Origin: Eubacteriales bacterium | GTDB lineage: Bacteria > Bacillota > Clostridia > Oscillospirales > CAG-272 | Assembly: GCA_045630385.1 (NCBI GenBank) | Contig: JAZQTA010000088.1 | Location: 1-54,545, forward strand | DNA length: 54,545 bases | Direction of reading: 5' to 3' | Shown here: in pieces, positions 27,200 to 37,688 of the stretch | How positions within the stretch are numbered: the first letter of the stretch is position 1 | Layout: every line of letters starts with the position of its first letter | Program-made: the position numbers and the translations under genes | The notes under the pieces: model-generated | What the model was told of the DNA's origin: nothing | The model's database searches: none | What the model saw: only the letters and a program-made list of their open reading frames with translations

Positions 27200-28345
27200 A
27201 TGAAGAAAACCGTAGCGGTTCTGGGTGCCACGGGCTCCGTCGGAGAGCAAGCTCTCTCGGTGGCCGAGGCACGCGGATACCGCGTAGATTATATGAGCGC
27301 GGGGAAGAATGCCGGCAGAGCCGAGCAGCTTGCCCGCCGCTTTTGTCCTACCCGCATTGCGATGGCAGACGAGGGGGCGGCGAAGGATCTTCGCGCGCGC
27401 CTTGCGGATACGGATATTCGGGTGCTCTCGGGAGCCGAAGGAATTTTGGAGGGCATAGAGCTCTCCGCGTTTGATACGGCGGTGAACGCTATTTTGGGGC
27501 AGAGCGGCCTTGCGCCCTCGCTTGCGGTGCTGGATAAAGGCAAGCGCCTGGCGCTTGCCAATAAGGAAAGCCTCGTGATCGGCGGCTCGCTCGTGACGGA
27601 GCGCGCGGCGGAAAAGGGTGCAGAGATCCTTCCCGTGGATAGCGAGCATTGCGCGATCTTCCAGTGCATGAAGGCGGGAAGGGCGCGCGAGGTCAAGCGC
27701 ATTTTGCTCACGGCCTCGGGCGGTCCGTTTTACGGTTATACGAAGGATGCGCTTCGCGGCGTAACCTTGGAGCGCGCGCTTGCGCACCCCACTTGGAAAA
27801 TGGGCGCGAAGATCACGGTCGATAGCGCCACCCTCATGAACAAGGGCTTCGAGCTGATCGAGGCGGGGCATCTTTTCGGCGTTTCCGCCGATGCCGTGAA
27901 GGTCGTGGTGCACAGAGAAAGTATAATTCACTCTGCGGTTGAATATATTGATAACACCGTAATTGCCGAGATGAGTGTGCCCGATATGCGCGCCTGCGTG
28001 CAGTACGCGGTGGATTATCCGAACCGCGAGGAAGCGGTTTGCGAGCCCCTGGATCTTTTCTCGGTCGGAACGCTTTCCTTTTTGCCGCCGGATGAAGAAA
28101 CCTTTTCGCTTCTTCCGCTTGCGCGCCGCGCCGTTACCTTGGGCGGCGGCATGGGGGCTGTCCTGAACGCGGCAGACGAGGTGGCCGTTGCCGCCTTCCT
28201 TGCGGGCAAGCTGCCGTTTTACCGAATCGCCGAGGTCGTTTGCGATACCTTTGCAAGGCTGCAAGGCAAAACGGCCTGCCGCGATCTTGCATCGCTAAAC
28301 GAAGCGGATGCTGAGGCAAGAGAGCTTGCATCCTCTTTGATCTGA
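27200..28345 (+). CDS. dxr: 1-deoxy-D-xylulose 5-phosphate reductoisomerase
   Basis: LGATGSVG, LANKE, PVDSEH, LTASGGPF, HPTWKMG, NKGFELIEA. Confidence 0.96.
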   Translation: MKKTVAVLGATGSVGEQALSVAEARGYRVDYMSAGKNAGRAEQLARRFCPTRIAMADEGAAKDLRARLADTDIRVLSGAEGILEGIELSAFDTAVNAILGQSGLAPSLAVLDKGKRLALANKESLVIGGSLVTERAAEKGAEILPVDSEHCAIFQCMKAGRAREVKRILLTASGGPFYGYTKDALRGVTLERALAHPTWKMGAKITVDSATLMNKGFELIEAGHLFGVSADAVKVVVHRESIIHSAVEYIDNTVIAEMSVPDMRACVQYAVDYPNREEAVCEPLDLFSVGTLSFLPPDEETFSLLPLARRAVTLGGGMGAVLNAADEVAVAAFLAGKLPFYRIAEVVCDTFARLQGKTACRDLASLNEADAEARELASSLI

Positions 28346-28391
28346 AACCATAGCTTCGCTTTTTTGTAAACAATAGTTAGGAGAAATTTAG

Positions 28392-29486
28392 TTGAATACC
28401 TTCACCACCATTTTGATTGCCGTTCTCGTTTTCGGCTTTCTTATTCTCATTCATGAGTTCGGTCACTATATCTTTGCTCGTATTTTCGGTGTCACGGTCA
28501 AGGAGTTTTCCATCGGTATGGGGCCGAAGCTTCTTTGGTACGATTCGAAAAAAACGGGCATTCGCTACACGCTCGCGGCGCTTCCGCTCGGCGGCTTCGT
28601 TTCCATGGCGGGAGAGGACGAGGAGAGTGACGATCCGAATTCCTTTGAAAAAAAGCCCGCGTGGCAGCGCTTTATTATCACGGCCGCTGGTGCGGCGATC
28701 AATATCCTCGCGGGGCTTTTGGCGATGACGATCCTTTGCTCGATCGTTCCGAAGGATGGGACGACGCCGCTCGGCGGCACGACGGTCCACAGCTTCGTTG
28801 AAAGCGAGGAGCTTTCGCATTCCTCGGAGGAATACGGGCTTCGCGTCGGCGATAAGATCACGCGGGTGAACGGTAAACGCGTAACCATTTTGGATGAGCT
28901 CAGCTACGAGATCATGCGAAACGGCAACAAGCCGATCGATCTTGTGGTCGAGCGCACCACCGTCGTCAACGAGCAAACGGGAGAAACGAAAACCGAAACC
29001 GTGCCTTTGGAGGACGTGCGCTTTCCCACCGCCGTGGAGCAGGAGCAGACCTTCGGCACGATGGATTTCAGAGTCTGGGGCGAAAAGCAGACCTTCGGCT
29101 CGGTGATCGGGCATTCCTTTAAAAAATCCGTGCTGATCGTCCGTATGTGCTGGGAATCTATTTTCGATCTCATCACCGGCAGATATACCCTTGCGGCGGT
29201 TTCCGGTCCGGTCGGTATTTCCTCTGCGATCGGAGATGCGGCGAGAGCGGGCGTATCCACCTTGCTTTATATGGTTGCCTTGATCAGCATCAATCTCGGT
29301 GTGATGAACCTTCTGCCGCTTCCCGCGTTGGACGGCGGCCGACTGCTTTGCCTTCTGATCGAAATGGTCACGAGGAAAAAGATCCCCGCAAAAATCGAAA
29401 GCGTGATCCACGGCATAGGACTTCTTTTGCTGCTTGGACTTTCGATCCTCATCATGTTTAAGGATATTTTTCAGCTGCTCGGCTGA
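28392..29486 (+). CDS. rseP: RIP metalloprotease (M50, PDZ domain)
   Basis: HEFGH, PDZ-like region, NLLPLPALDGG. TTG start after AGGAG. Confidence 0.93.
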   Translation: MNTFTTILIAVLVFGFLILIHEFGHYIFARIFGVTVKEFSIGMGPKLLWYDSKKTGIRYTLAALPLGGFVSMAGEDEESDDPNSFEKKPAWQRFIITAAGAAINILAGLLAMTILCSIVPKDGTTPLGGTTVHSFVESEELSHSSEEYGLRVGDKITRVNGKRVTILDELSYEIMRNGNKPIDLVVERTTVVNEQTGETKTETVPLEDVRFPTAVEQEQTFGTMDFRVWGEKQTFGSVIGHSFKKSVLIVRMCWESIFDLITGRYTLAAVSGPVGISSAIGDAARAGVSTLLYMVALISINLGVMNLLPLPALDGGRLLCLLIEMVTRKKIPAKIESVIHGIGLLLLLGLSILIMFKDIFQLLG

Positions 29487-29513
29487 TAAAAAGCTTTTCG
29501 GAAAGGAAACGGT

Positions 29514-30590
29514 ATGGAGTATAAGAACGGGCGCAGAGCTTCGCGCGTGATCAAGGTCGGGCATATCCAGATCGGGGGCGATCATCCGATCCCCATTCAG
29601 TCCATGGCGAATACCGATCCGCACGATCTGAAGGCAACGCTTTCGCAGGCGCGCGCCTTGGAGGCGGCGGGATGCGATATTCTGCGGTTGACCGTTCCGG
29701 ATCTGCAAGCCGCCGAAACGCTCGGTGCGCTGAAGGCAGAGGGCATTCGCATGCCGCTGGTTGCGGATATTCATTTTGATTACCGCCTTGCGCTTGCCGC
29801 CATTGCGGCGGGTGTGGATAAGGTGCGTATCAATCCCGGCAATATCGGAGATAAGGAGCGCGTGCGTGCCGTGGTGGATGCTTGCCGCGAGCGCGAGATC
29901 CCGATCCGCATCGGCGTCAATTCCGGCTCCCTTGAAAAGCATATACTTGAAAAATACGGCGCGCCCACGGCAGAGGCACTGGCGGAAAGCGCGCTTTACC
30001 ACGCGGCGCTTCTGGAGGAGCTTTCGTATAGAAATATCGCTATTTCCGTGAAGGCGTCGACCGTGAGAACCATGATCGAAGCCAATCGCATCCTTGCCGA
30101 GAAGACGGATTATCCCCTGCACCTCGGTGTAACGGAGGCGGGCGGCGGCAATCGTGCCTTGGTTAAGAGCGCGGTCGGCATCGGCGCGCTTCTCTCGCAG
30201 GGCATCGGGGATACCGTTCGCGTTTCGCTGACGGACGATCCCGTGGAGGAGATCGGAGCCGCCAAGGCAATTCTTTCCTCTCTCGGGCTGACGGACAAGC
30301 CCATGATGGATATCGTTTCCTGTCCCACCTGTGGGCGCACGCGGATCGACCTGATCGCGCTCTGCCGTGCCTTTGAGGCGCGTGCCGCCGAGGAGGGGCT
30401 TCTTGAAAAGAGCATCAAGGTCGCCTTGATGGGCTGTGTGGTCAACGGGCCGGGCGAGGCCTCGGAGGCGGATATCGGCATTGCGGGCGGCAAGGGCGAG
30501 GCGTTGCTCTTTAAGAAGGGGCAGATCGTCAGAAAGATCCCCGAGGAAAGCGTGATCGATGCGCTGATCGAGGAAATCAAAAAAATGTAA
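29514..30590 (+). CDS. ispG: HMBPP synthase
   Basis: QSM, ADIHF, RINPGNIG, HLGVTEAG, SCPTCGR, MGCVVNGPGE. Confidence 0.97.
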   Translation: MEYKNGRRASRVIKVGHIQIGGDHPIPIQSMANTDPHDLKATLSQARALEAAGCDILRLTVPDLQAAETLGALKAEGIRMPLVADIHFDYRLALAAIAAGVDKVRINPGNIGDKERVRAVVDACREREIPIRIGVNSGSLEKHILEKYGAPTAEALAESALYHAALLEELSYRNIAISVKASTVRTMIEANRILAEKTDYPLHLGVTEAGGGNRALVKSAVGIGALLSQGIGDTVRVSLTDDPVEEIGAAKAILSSLGLTDKPMMDIVSCPTCGRTRIDLIALCRAFEARAAEEGLLEKSIKVALMGCVVNGPGEASEADIGIAGGKGEALLFKKGQIVRKIPEESVIDALIEEIKKM

Positions 30591-30632
30591 AAGGCTTCGC
30601 GCGGCGTGTGCCGCGCGAGAAAAAGGATAGAG

Positions 30633-33600
30633 ATGGAAAAAGGCTTTTTTGAGGTGTTTTCGAGATACCATCCCGCGCCGGAAAAGCTGGATGCGCTTGA
30701 AAATGCCAGGGTAACCACCCTTCGGTATGATAAAGAAAACGGCCGCATTGAGGTAGAGATCGCTTCCGATCGCCTGATCGATGCGGAAACCATATACGAG
30801 GTAGCGGATGAATGCTGCACGCTGTACGGTGCGGCGACCTTCCGCATTTTTCCGCATTTTCCGTCCGCGCTCTTCGATCTTTCGCGCATGTCGGAGATCG
30901 CCACCGAGGCGGCGATGAGCGGTGCGGTTACGCACGGCTTTTTCAATCACGCCACCTATGACGATGACGGCGAGACCGTCGAGATCACGATCCCCTTCTT
31001 CGAGCGCGGCGTGAATTTCGTCAAAAATGCGGACACGGAAGCCATTCTTTCCCGAATTTTGGAGAGCCGATACGGCGTTCGCCGCCGCTTTGTGATCTCA
31101 TCCTCGGACAGCGCGGCGCGCGCCGCCGAGGAGCGCAGAGAGCTGAATCGGCAGAGAATTCTTGACGAGGCGGAGCGGCAGAGCATCGAGCAGGCGAAGG
31201 CACAGCGCATGGCGATCGCAAAGGAGCGAGAGGATGCGGCGCGCGCCGCCGATCCGCACTATGATTTTGAAAAGAAGGCGGGCATATCCGCCGCGCTGAA
31301 CGTTGCCGAAGCGCTGACCGAAACGCGCTTTATGATGGGCGCGACGACCTTTGAGTGCGAGGGCGCGGAGGCTCTGTTCGGAGATGCCTTTGAGATTTTT
31401 GAGCCCACGCCGATCGCCGAGGCGGCAAATGCGAGATCCGGTGCCACGATTCTTCTCGGCCTCGTCTTTGAGGTGACGATCAAGGAAAACCGCACGGGTG
31501 ACCGTGCCAACGTCGCCATCGGTATCTCGGACGGCGCGGGCGGCATCTACATAAAAAAGAACCTTGCCGCAGAGGAGCTTGGATTTGCCAAGGGGCTGGA
31601 AAAGGGGCTGAAGGGCGGGCCGATCCCGGTCGCGGTCATGGGTAAGATCATAGTGGATAAATTTGACGGCGAACTGATCGTGAGCCCGAAGGCCATCATG
31701 AAGGTCAAAACGGTCGGCCGCATGGACAACGCGGAGAAAAAGCGCGTGGAGCTTCATCTGCATTCTAATATGTCGCAGATGGATGCGATCATGACGCCGG
31801 CGCAGATCGTAAATACCGCGATCCGCTGGGGGCATAAGGCCGTCGCGGTGACCGACCACGGAAACGTGCAGGCCTTTCCCGAAATGATGCTGGCGCTTGA
31901 AAAGGCCAAGGCCGAGGATTTCAAGGTGCTTTACGGCATCGAGGGCTATTTTGTAAACGATACCGCGAGATGCGTTTTCGGAAGCAAATATCCCGCGTTT
32001 GACGAGGAGATGGTGGTGTTCGATATAGAAACCACGGGACTTTCCAACCGCACCTGCCGCATCATCGAGATCGGTGCCGTGCGGATCCGCGCGGGCGAGA
32101 TCGTGGACGAGATGGATATCTTCGTCGATCCCGAATGCGAAATTCCCGAGGAGATCACGAAGCTCACCTCGATCACGAATGAAATGGTGGCGGGCGCGCC
32201 GAAGGAGCGGGAGGCCTTGGAGCAGTTCCTTGCCTTTGCGGGAGATCGCCTCCTGATCGCGCATAATGCGAACTTCGATATCGGCTTCATCCGCGTTGCC
32301 GCAGAGCGGCAGGGAATGCCGTTTGAGAATACCTTCCTTGATACCGTTGGCCTTTCAAAATACGTAAACCCCGAGCTGAAAAACCATAAGCTCGATACCA
32401 TTGCCAAATACTATAATCTTGAGGACTTTCATCATCACCGTGCGTCGGACGATGCAAAGATCCTTTCGCACATCTTCTTTGAAATGCAGAGAAGACTTTC
32501 CGAGGAGGGAATCGATACCTTCCCGCGTATGATGGAGGCAATGAGCGAGCGCACCGACCCGAAGAAGCTGCCCACGCACCACATTATCATTTTCGCAAAG
32601 AACAAGGAAGGTCTTAAAAATCTTTATAAGCTCGTTTCCTTCGGCTATCTCGATTATTTCAAGCGCTTCCCGCGCATGCCGAAGTCTGTGATCGAGCAGT
32701 ATAGGGATGGCTTGATCATCGGCTCTGCCTGTGAGGCGGGCGAGCTTTATAAGGCGATCCTTGACGGCAGAAGCTCTGCCGACGTGGAGGAGATCGCATC
32801 CTTTTACGATTATCTTGAAATTCAGCCGCTTTGCAACAACCAATTCCTTGTCGATGAGGGAAAGGTTGCGGGCGTGGAGGCGCTGAAGGATATCAACCGC
32901 CAGATCGTCGCCCTCGGCAAAAAGCTCGGTAAGCCCGTCTGTGCCACCTGTGACGCGCACTTCATGAATAAGGAGGACGAGCTGTACCGAAAGATCCTGC
33001 TCGCGGGGCAGAAGTTTGCGGATGCGGATAAGGATACGGGCATCTATCTTCGTACCACCGATGAGATGCTTGAGGAATTTTCCTATCTCGGCAAGGAGAC
33101 CGCCGAGGAGGTCGTTATCGAAAATCCGAATAAGATCGCGGATATGATCGAAAAGATCCGTCCCATTCCCGAGGGGCGCTATGAGCCCGATCTTCCCGGT
33201 GCAAAAGAGGATCTTGTAAACTCTTGTTGGCAAAGAGCAAAGGATTGGTATGGAGATCCCGTGCCGGAGCTGGTTTCCAAGCGTTTGACGAGAGAGCTGG
33301 ATTCCATTATTAAAAACGGCTTTGCCGTGTTGTATATGATCGCGGTAAAGCTCGTTGCGTATTCCGAGAGCCTCGGCTATCAGGTCGGATCGCGCGGCTC
33401 GGTGGGCTCGTCCTTCGTTGCCACGATGTCGGGCATCTCCGAGGTAAACCCCTTGCCGCCGCACTACCGTTGCCCGAAGTGTAAATACACCGAGTTTTTC
33501 ACGGACGGAACGATCGGCTCGGGCTTTGACCTGCCCGATGCCAAGTGCCCGAAATGCGGCGAGGATCTTATCATGGACGGTCACGATATTCCCTTTGAGA

Positions 33601-35054
33601 CCTTCCTTGGCTTCTACGGCGATAAATCCCCCGATATCGACCTGAACTTCTCGGGTGACGTGCAGGGCCGCGTGCATAAATACACCGAGGAGCTTTTCGG
33701 CTCGGGACAGGTGTTCCGCGCGGGAACGATCGGAACGCTTGCGGATAAAACCGCATGGGGCTATATCAATAAATATCTTGAAGAGCGCCGCATCAAGATC
33801 CCGAAGGCGCAGATCGGCTATATGGTCACGCAGATGGTCGGCATCAAGCGAACCACAGGTCAGCATCCCGGCGGTATCATCGTTGTACCGCAGGAGTACG
33901 ATATTTACGATTTCTCTCCCGTGCAGCACCCGGCAGACGATCCCAATTCCGATATCATCACCACGCACTTCCAGTTCTCCTATCTGCATGATACGATCCT
34001 GAAGCTGGACGAGCTCGGACACGATATGCCTACCAAGTATAAGATGCTTGAGAAGTATACGAACACCAGCGTTCTCGACGTGAAGATGAACGACAAGAGC
34101 GTTTACGAGCTTTTTGCCAGCACCGCGCCTCTTGGCATCACGCCCGAGGATCTCGGCGGCTGTCAGCTCGGCACGTACGGTATCCCCGAGATGGGCACGC
34201 GCTTCATTCAGCAGGTGCTGATCGATGCGAAGCCCAAGACCTTTGCCGACCTTTTGCAGATCTCGGGACTTACGCACGGCACGGACGTATGGCTCGGAAA
34301 CGCGCAGGATCTGATCAAGGCGGGCACCTGCACCATTTCCGAGGTTGTGGGCACGCGTGACGGTATCATGCTGTATCTTCTTCGCCACGATATCGAGGAT
34401 GCGATCTCCTTCAAGATCATGGAGGACGTGCGAAAGGGAAAAGGCCTCAAGCCCGAATACGAGCAGACCATGCGCGAGCATGACGTGCCCGATTGGTATA
34501 TCGCATCCTGCAAAAAAATCAAATACATGTTCCCGAAGGCGCATGCCGCCGCTTACGTTATGTCGGCCATCCGTCTTTGCTGGTATAAGATCTATTATCC
34601 GATGGAATTTTACGCCGCGTTTTTGACCGTTGCACCCGGCGGCTTTGATGCCGAGGTTGTCGGCGGCGGACTTCGCAAGGTGAACGAAACCATCAAGGAG
34701 CTTGAGGAAAAGGGGCAGGAGGCAACGCAGAAGGATAACGAAATGCTCACCACTCTACAGCTCGTGCGCGAGGCGCTTGCGCGCGGTGTGCAATTCTTAA
34801 GCGTCGATCTGCGCCGCTCGGATGCGTCCGCGTTTCTTCCCGAAAACGGCAAGATCCGCATGCCCTTTAATTCGCTTCCCGGCCTTGGCGATACCGCCGC
34901 GGAGAAGATCATTGAGGCGAGGGAAAACTATGAGATCTATTCCGTTGAGGATCTGCGCCGCCGTACGGGAATTTCCAAAACCGTGGTTGAAATCCTTCGA
35001 AGAAATCGCGTTTTGGACGGTCTTTCCGAAACGAATCAGTTCTCGCTCTTCTGA
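30633..35054 (+). CDS. polC: DNA polymerase III PolC-type
   Basis: PHP ELHLHS..S.MD, embedded exonuclease VFDIETTG and AHNANFD, GSRGSVGSS, PDIDLNFSG, KRTTGQHPGG, YMFPKAHA. Confidence 0.97.
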   Translation: MEKGFFEVFSRYHPAPEKLDALENARVTTLRYDKENGRIEVEIASDRLIDAETIYEVADECCTLYGAATFRIFPHFPSALFDLSRMSEIATEAAMSGAVTHGFFNHATYDDDGETVEITIPFFERGVNFVKNADTEAILSRILESRYGVRRRFVISSSDSAARAAEERRELNRQRILDEAERQSIEQAKAQRMAIAKEREDAARAADPHYDFEKKAGISAALNVAEALTETRFMMGATTFECEGAEALFGDAFEIFEPTPIAEAANARSGATILLGLVFEVTIKENRTGDRANVAIGISDGAGGIYIKKNLAAEELGFAKGLEKGLKGGPIPVAVMGKIIVDKFDGELIVSPKAIMKVKTVGRMDNAEKKRVELHLHSNMSQMDAIMTPAQIVNTAIRWGHKAVAVTDHGNVQAFPEMMLALEKAKAEDFKVLYGIEGYFVNDTARCVFGSKYPAFDEEMVVFDIETTGLSNRTCRIIEIGAVRIRAGEIVDEMDIFVDPECEIPEEITKLTSITNEMVAGAPKEREALEQFLAFAGDRLLIAHNANFDIGFIRVAAERQGMPFENTFLDTVGLSKYVNPELKNHKLDTIAKYYNLEDFHHHRASDDAKILSHIFFEMQRRLSEEGIDTFPRMMEAMSERTDPKKLPTHHIIIFAKNKEGLKNLYKLVSFGYLDYFKRFPRMPKSVIEQYRDGLIIGSACEAGELYKAILDGRSSADVEEIASFYDYLEIQPLCNNQFLVDEGKVAGVEALKDINRQIVALGKKLGKPVCATCDAHFMNKEDELYRKILLAGQKFADADKDTGIYLRTTDEMLEEFSYLGKETAEEVVIENPNKIADMIEKIRPIPEGRYEPDLPGAKEDLVNSCWQRAKDWYGDPVPELVSKRLTRELDSIIKNGFAVLYMIAVKLVAYSESLGYQVGSRGSVGSSFVATMSGISEVNPLPPHYRCPKCKYTEFFTDGTIGSGFDLPDAKCPKCGEDLIMDGHDIPFETFLGFYGDKSPDIDLNFSGDVQGRVHKYTEELFGSGQVFRAGTIGTLADKTAWGYINKYLEERRIKIPKAQIGYMVTQMVGIKRTTGQHPGGIIVVPQEYDIYDFSPVQHPADDPNSDIITTHFQFSYLHDTILKLDELGHDMPTKYKMLEKYTNTSVLDVKMNDKSVYELFASTAPLGITPEDLGGCQLGTYGIPEMGTRFIQQVLIDAKPKTFADLLQISGLTHGTDVWLGNAQDLIKAGTCTISEVVGTRDGIMLYLLRHDIEDAISFKIMEDVRKGKGLKPEYEQTMREHDVPDWYIASCKKIKYMFPKAHAAAYVMSAIRLCWYKIYYPMEFYAAFLTVAPGGFDAEVVGGGLRKVNETIKELEEKGQEATQKDNEMLTTLQLVREALARGVQFLSVDLRRSDASAFLPENGKIRMPFNSLPGLGDTAAEKIIEARENYEIYSVEDLRRRTGISKTVVEILRRNRVLDGLSETNQFSLF

Positions 35055-35091
35055 TAAATTTGGAAGAATGTAATTAACTGTTTACTTTATG

Positions 35092-35460
35092 TCATGCTTT
35101 TCCGGAAATGAGAAGCAATAGCACCGCGACGGCGCAGAGCGGATCTCCTTCCTTGGAGAAGAGCAAGAGAAGAAAGATGCCGAGCAGAAGAATATCCTCC
35201 GCATCCGAAAAGAGCGAGCCAAAAAAGCCGCCCTTTTCGCTTGGAAAAAGCCTCTTCAGCGGAAGGAGCTTTTCTAAAAACGCGAGTGGCCCCGCGCCCT
35301 CGCCGCTTGCGCCGAGCAGGGATGCGGGAATGCTTTCCTCCGCCGCGGGCGCGGTCGCCTCTTCGCATGGCTCTTGCTCGAAGGCCGTGCCCCGATAGCC
35401 GCTTGGCAAGGGGGGCGCCGCCTCCTCGTAACCGTTTTTTTCATAGCTTCGTGCGTACAT
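35092..35460 (-). CDS. Hypothetical small membrane protein
   Basis: Pro-rich N-terminus and hydrophobic C-terminal hairpin EDILLLGIFLLLL...LLLLI. Last gene of a coupled trio. Confidence 0.7.
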   Translation of the reverse strand: MYARSYEKNGYEEAAPPLPSGYRGTAFEQEPCEEATAPAAEESIPASLLGASGEGAGPLAFLEKLLPLKRLFPSEKGGFFGSLFSDAEDILLLGIFLLLLFSKEGDPLCAVAVLLLLISGKA

Positions 35461-35462
35461 GC

Positions 35463-35795
35463 TTACCCCCTTCCGATCAGATCGAAGATATCCATGGCTC
35501 CGATCAGCGTATCCAAGGTTTTGGAGCGCTTTTCGGATACGTAAGGGCGCAGGGCAGAGAGTAAGCGCGTGCGCTTCTCCCGCGATCCCGTGCTTTGCGC
35601 GGCGACCGCCGCCGCTTGCGTGCTTTCCGCCGCCCCCGGGATCGGCGGCTCGGCTTTCGTTTCAACCGCGTTCTCTTCCTTCGTATTGGCATCCTGTTTT
35701 GCGAGATTTTCGATTTGGTGAATGAGGTCGGGATTTTGCATGATCAGGCTTACGATTCTTGAAAGATCGGGGCTTTGCCCGCTTGCCGCACTCAT
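35463..35795 (-). CDS. Hypothetical protein
   Basis: LMQNPDLI and RLLSALRPYVSEKR. Coupled to both neighbours. Confidence 0.72.
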   Translation of the reverse strand: MSAASGQSPDLSRIVSLIMQNPDLIHQIENLAKQDANTKEENAVETKAEPPIPGAAESTQAAAVAAQSTGSREKRTRLLSALRPYVSEKRSKTLDTLIGAMDIFDLIGRG

Positions 35796-36019
35796 TTTCC
35801 GTATTTTTTCTTGTACTCGTTGTAATAGCGCATTGCGCCCATCATGCCGAAGCCGCCTTCGCTTGTGAGAAGCGCGCGAAGCTTCTCAAGATCCTCGTGT
35901 GAGGGCGAGGCGTCGGGGAGCTTCAGTCCCTTTCCCTCTGCCATGCGGCGAATCTCCTTTTCCAGCTCGGCATCCGAAAGGGCGGAAAGCCGTTTCAGCT
36001 GTTCTTGATTTAGCTTCAT
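35792..36019 (-). CDS. Hypothetical protein
   Basis: Strong GGAGG RBS; ATGA overlap with the next gene. Confidence 0.7.
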   Translation of the reverse strand: MKLNQEQLKRLSALSDAELEKEIRRMAEGKGLKLPDASPSHEDLEKLRALLTSEGGFGMMGAMRYYNEYKKKYGK

Positions 36020-36054
36020 TTTTTAAAACCTCCGTTTTTTTGTATTCTACCCTC

Positions 36055-36082
36055 ATTTTATGAGCCGCACGATGCTTGTGTG
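36055..36082 (-). promoter_or_regulatory. Possible sigma-K/sigma-E mother-cell promoter
   Basis: Minus strand CACA-N16-CATAAAAT matches the Bacillus sigma-K consensus mACm-N16-CATAnnnT. Confidence 0.45.
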
Positions 36083-36094
36083 AAAGGATTTTTT

Positions 36095-36598
36095 ATGCTG
36101 AAATGTCTGATTTTTTCGGATAGCCACGGATGCGGACTTTTGCGCATGCGGCGCGTAATCGAGTCGCATGGGGATGCTGAAGTCGTATTTTTTCTTGGGG
36201 ACGGGCTTTCGGAGGCCGAGTCGCTCCCCGCGCTTTTTCCGAATAAGAGCTTTCTTTTCGTGCGCGGCAACTGCGATTTTTCTCCGCTCTCTGCCGTGGA
36301 GGAAACGGATAGCATCACCTTGGAGGGCGTGAAGATCGTTTTCACGCACGGTCATAAATACGATGCAAAATATTCCTATCACGCGCTTTCGGCGCTCGCC
36401 GCATCGCGCGGCGCAAAAATATGCCTCTTCGGGCACACGCACGTGCCGACGGAGGAGTATCACGGAGAAGGGGATACGCCCTTCACGCTCTTTAATCCCG
36501 GCAGTATCGGCCGCCCCCACCTTACCCGCCCCACCTACGGCGTTTTGACGCTGGCGGACGGGCAGTACCTTCTCTCTCACGGAGAGACGAATTTTTAA
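36095..36598 (+). CDS. YfcE/MJ0936 family metallophosphoesterase
   Basis: SDSHG, LGDG, VRGNCD, THGH, GHTH, NPGS. Confidence 0.92.
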   Translation: MLKCLIFSDSHGCGLLRMRRVIESHGDAEVVFFLGDGLSEAESLPALFPNKSFLFVRGNCDFSPLSAVEETDSITLEGVKIVFTHGHKYDAKYSYHALSALAASRGAKICLFGHTHVPTEEYHGEGDTPFTLFNPGSIGRPHLTRPTYGVLTLADGQYLLSHGETNF

Positions 36599-36632
36599 AT
36601 CTGTATACAATAATTCAAAAGGAGATACTCCT

Positions 36633-37676
36633 ATGCGCATTGAAGACATAGACAAGAATTTTTTGCCGGCCACCGTTCCCGAGGGTGTGGAGCTCGAATA
36701 CTTTTCCGTAAGAGAAGCGCCCTTCAAGGTGTGGGGACTCATCTATGAGGGCGGCACCTTCCGCCGTCTGCCCGGCGCGGTTGCAAAGGCAACCAACAGC
36801 GGCGTGGAATTTCTGCACGAGCACTCTGCGGGCGGCCGCGTTTCCTTCCGCACGAATTCCCGCTATATCGCCATCAGTGTAAAAACGCACAATGTGGCAC
36901 GCTTTTCGCATTTTCCGACCTGCGGTGCATCGGGCTTCGATCTTTTTGTGGAGAACACGTTCGCGGGTGCATATCTGCCGCCTTATATGGTGGAGGATGG
37001 CTACGGCGGTCTGCGCAGCTTCCCCACGGCAGAGGCACGCAACCTTATTTTGAATATGCCTCTCTATACGGCCGTGAGCGAGCTTTATATCGGTCTTGAA
37101 AAGGGCGCAAGCCTTGAAGGCTATGACCCTTACCTGGATATTCCTCCCATTGTGTATTACGGCTCGTCCATCACGCAGGGCGGATGCGCCTCCCGTCCCG
37201 GAAACGCCTATCAGGCGAAGATCACGCGCGAACTTGCGGTGGATCATATCAACCTCGGCTTCTCGGGAAGTGCCAGGGGCGAGGTTGCGATGGCAGAGCA
37301 TATCGCATCGCTTCCCATGAGCGTATTCGTTATGGATTACGATCATAACGCGCCGAACGTACAGCACCTGATCGAAACGCATGAGCGCTTCTATCGCATC
37401 GTTCGAGAAAAGAATCCCGAGCTTCCGATCGTTTTCATCACTGCGCCGAACGTGTACCACCGTCCGACCATGGCGCCTCGCCGCACGGTCATTATGGAAA
37501 ATTACACGCGCCTGCGCGAGGAGGATAAGAACCTTTACTTTATCGACGGCACGTCCTTCTTCCAAGGCACGGATGCGGATTATTGCACCGTTGACGGATG
37601 CCATCCCACGGATTACGGCTTCTACCGTATGGCAATGGGCATTCTTCCCACACTCAAAAGGGCTTTGAAGCTGTAA
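36633..37676 (+). CDS. SGNH/GDSL hydrolase with N-terminal accessory domain (paralog 1)
   Basis: SGFDLF, YYGSSITQG, NLGFSG, DYDHN, DGCHP. AAGGAG RBS. Confidence 0.88.
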   Translation: MRIEDIDKNFLPATVPEGVELEYFSVREAPFKVWGLIYEGGTFRRLPGAVAKATNSGVEFLHEHSAGGRVSFRTNSRYIAISVKTHNVARFSHFPTCGASGFDLFVENTFAGAYLPPYMVEDGYGGLRSFPTAEARNLILNMPLYTAVSELYIGLEKGASLEGYDPYLDIPPIVYYGSSITQGGCASRPGNAYQAKITRELAVDHINLGFSGSARGEVAMAEHIASLPMSVFVMDYDHNAPNVQHLIETHERFYRIVREKNPELPIVFITAPNVYHRPTMAPRRTVIMENYTRLREEDKNLYFIDGTSFFQGTDADYCTVDGCHPTDYGFYRMAMGILPTLKRALKL

Positions 37677-37688
37677 AGGAGAGAGAGC

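Noticed and set aside
30633-35054. Intein or frameshift in polC
   Set aside because: The length (about 1470 aa) and domain order are normal for PolC, and no intein splice motifs were seen.
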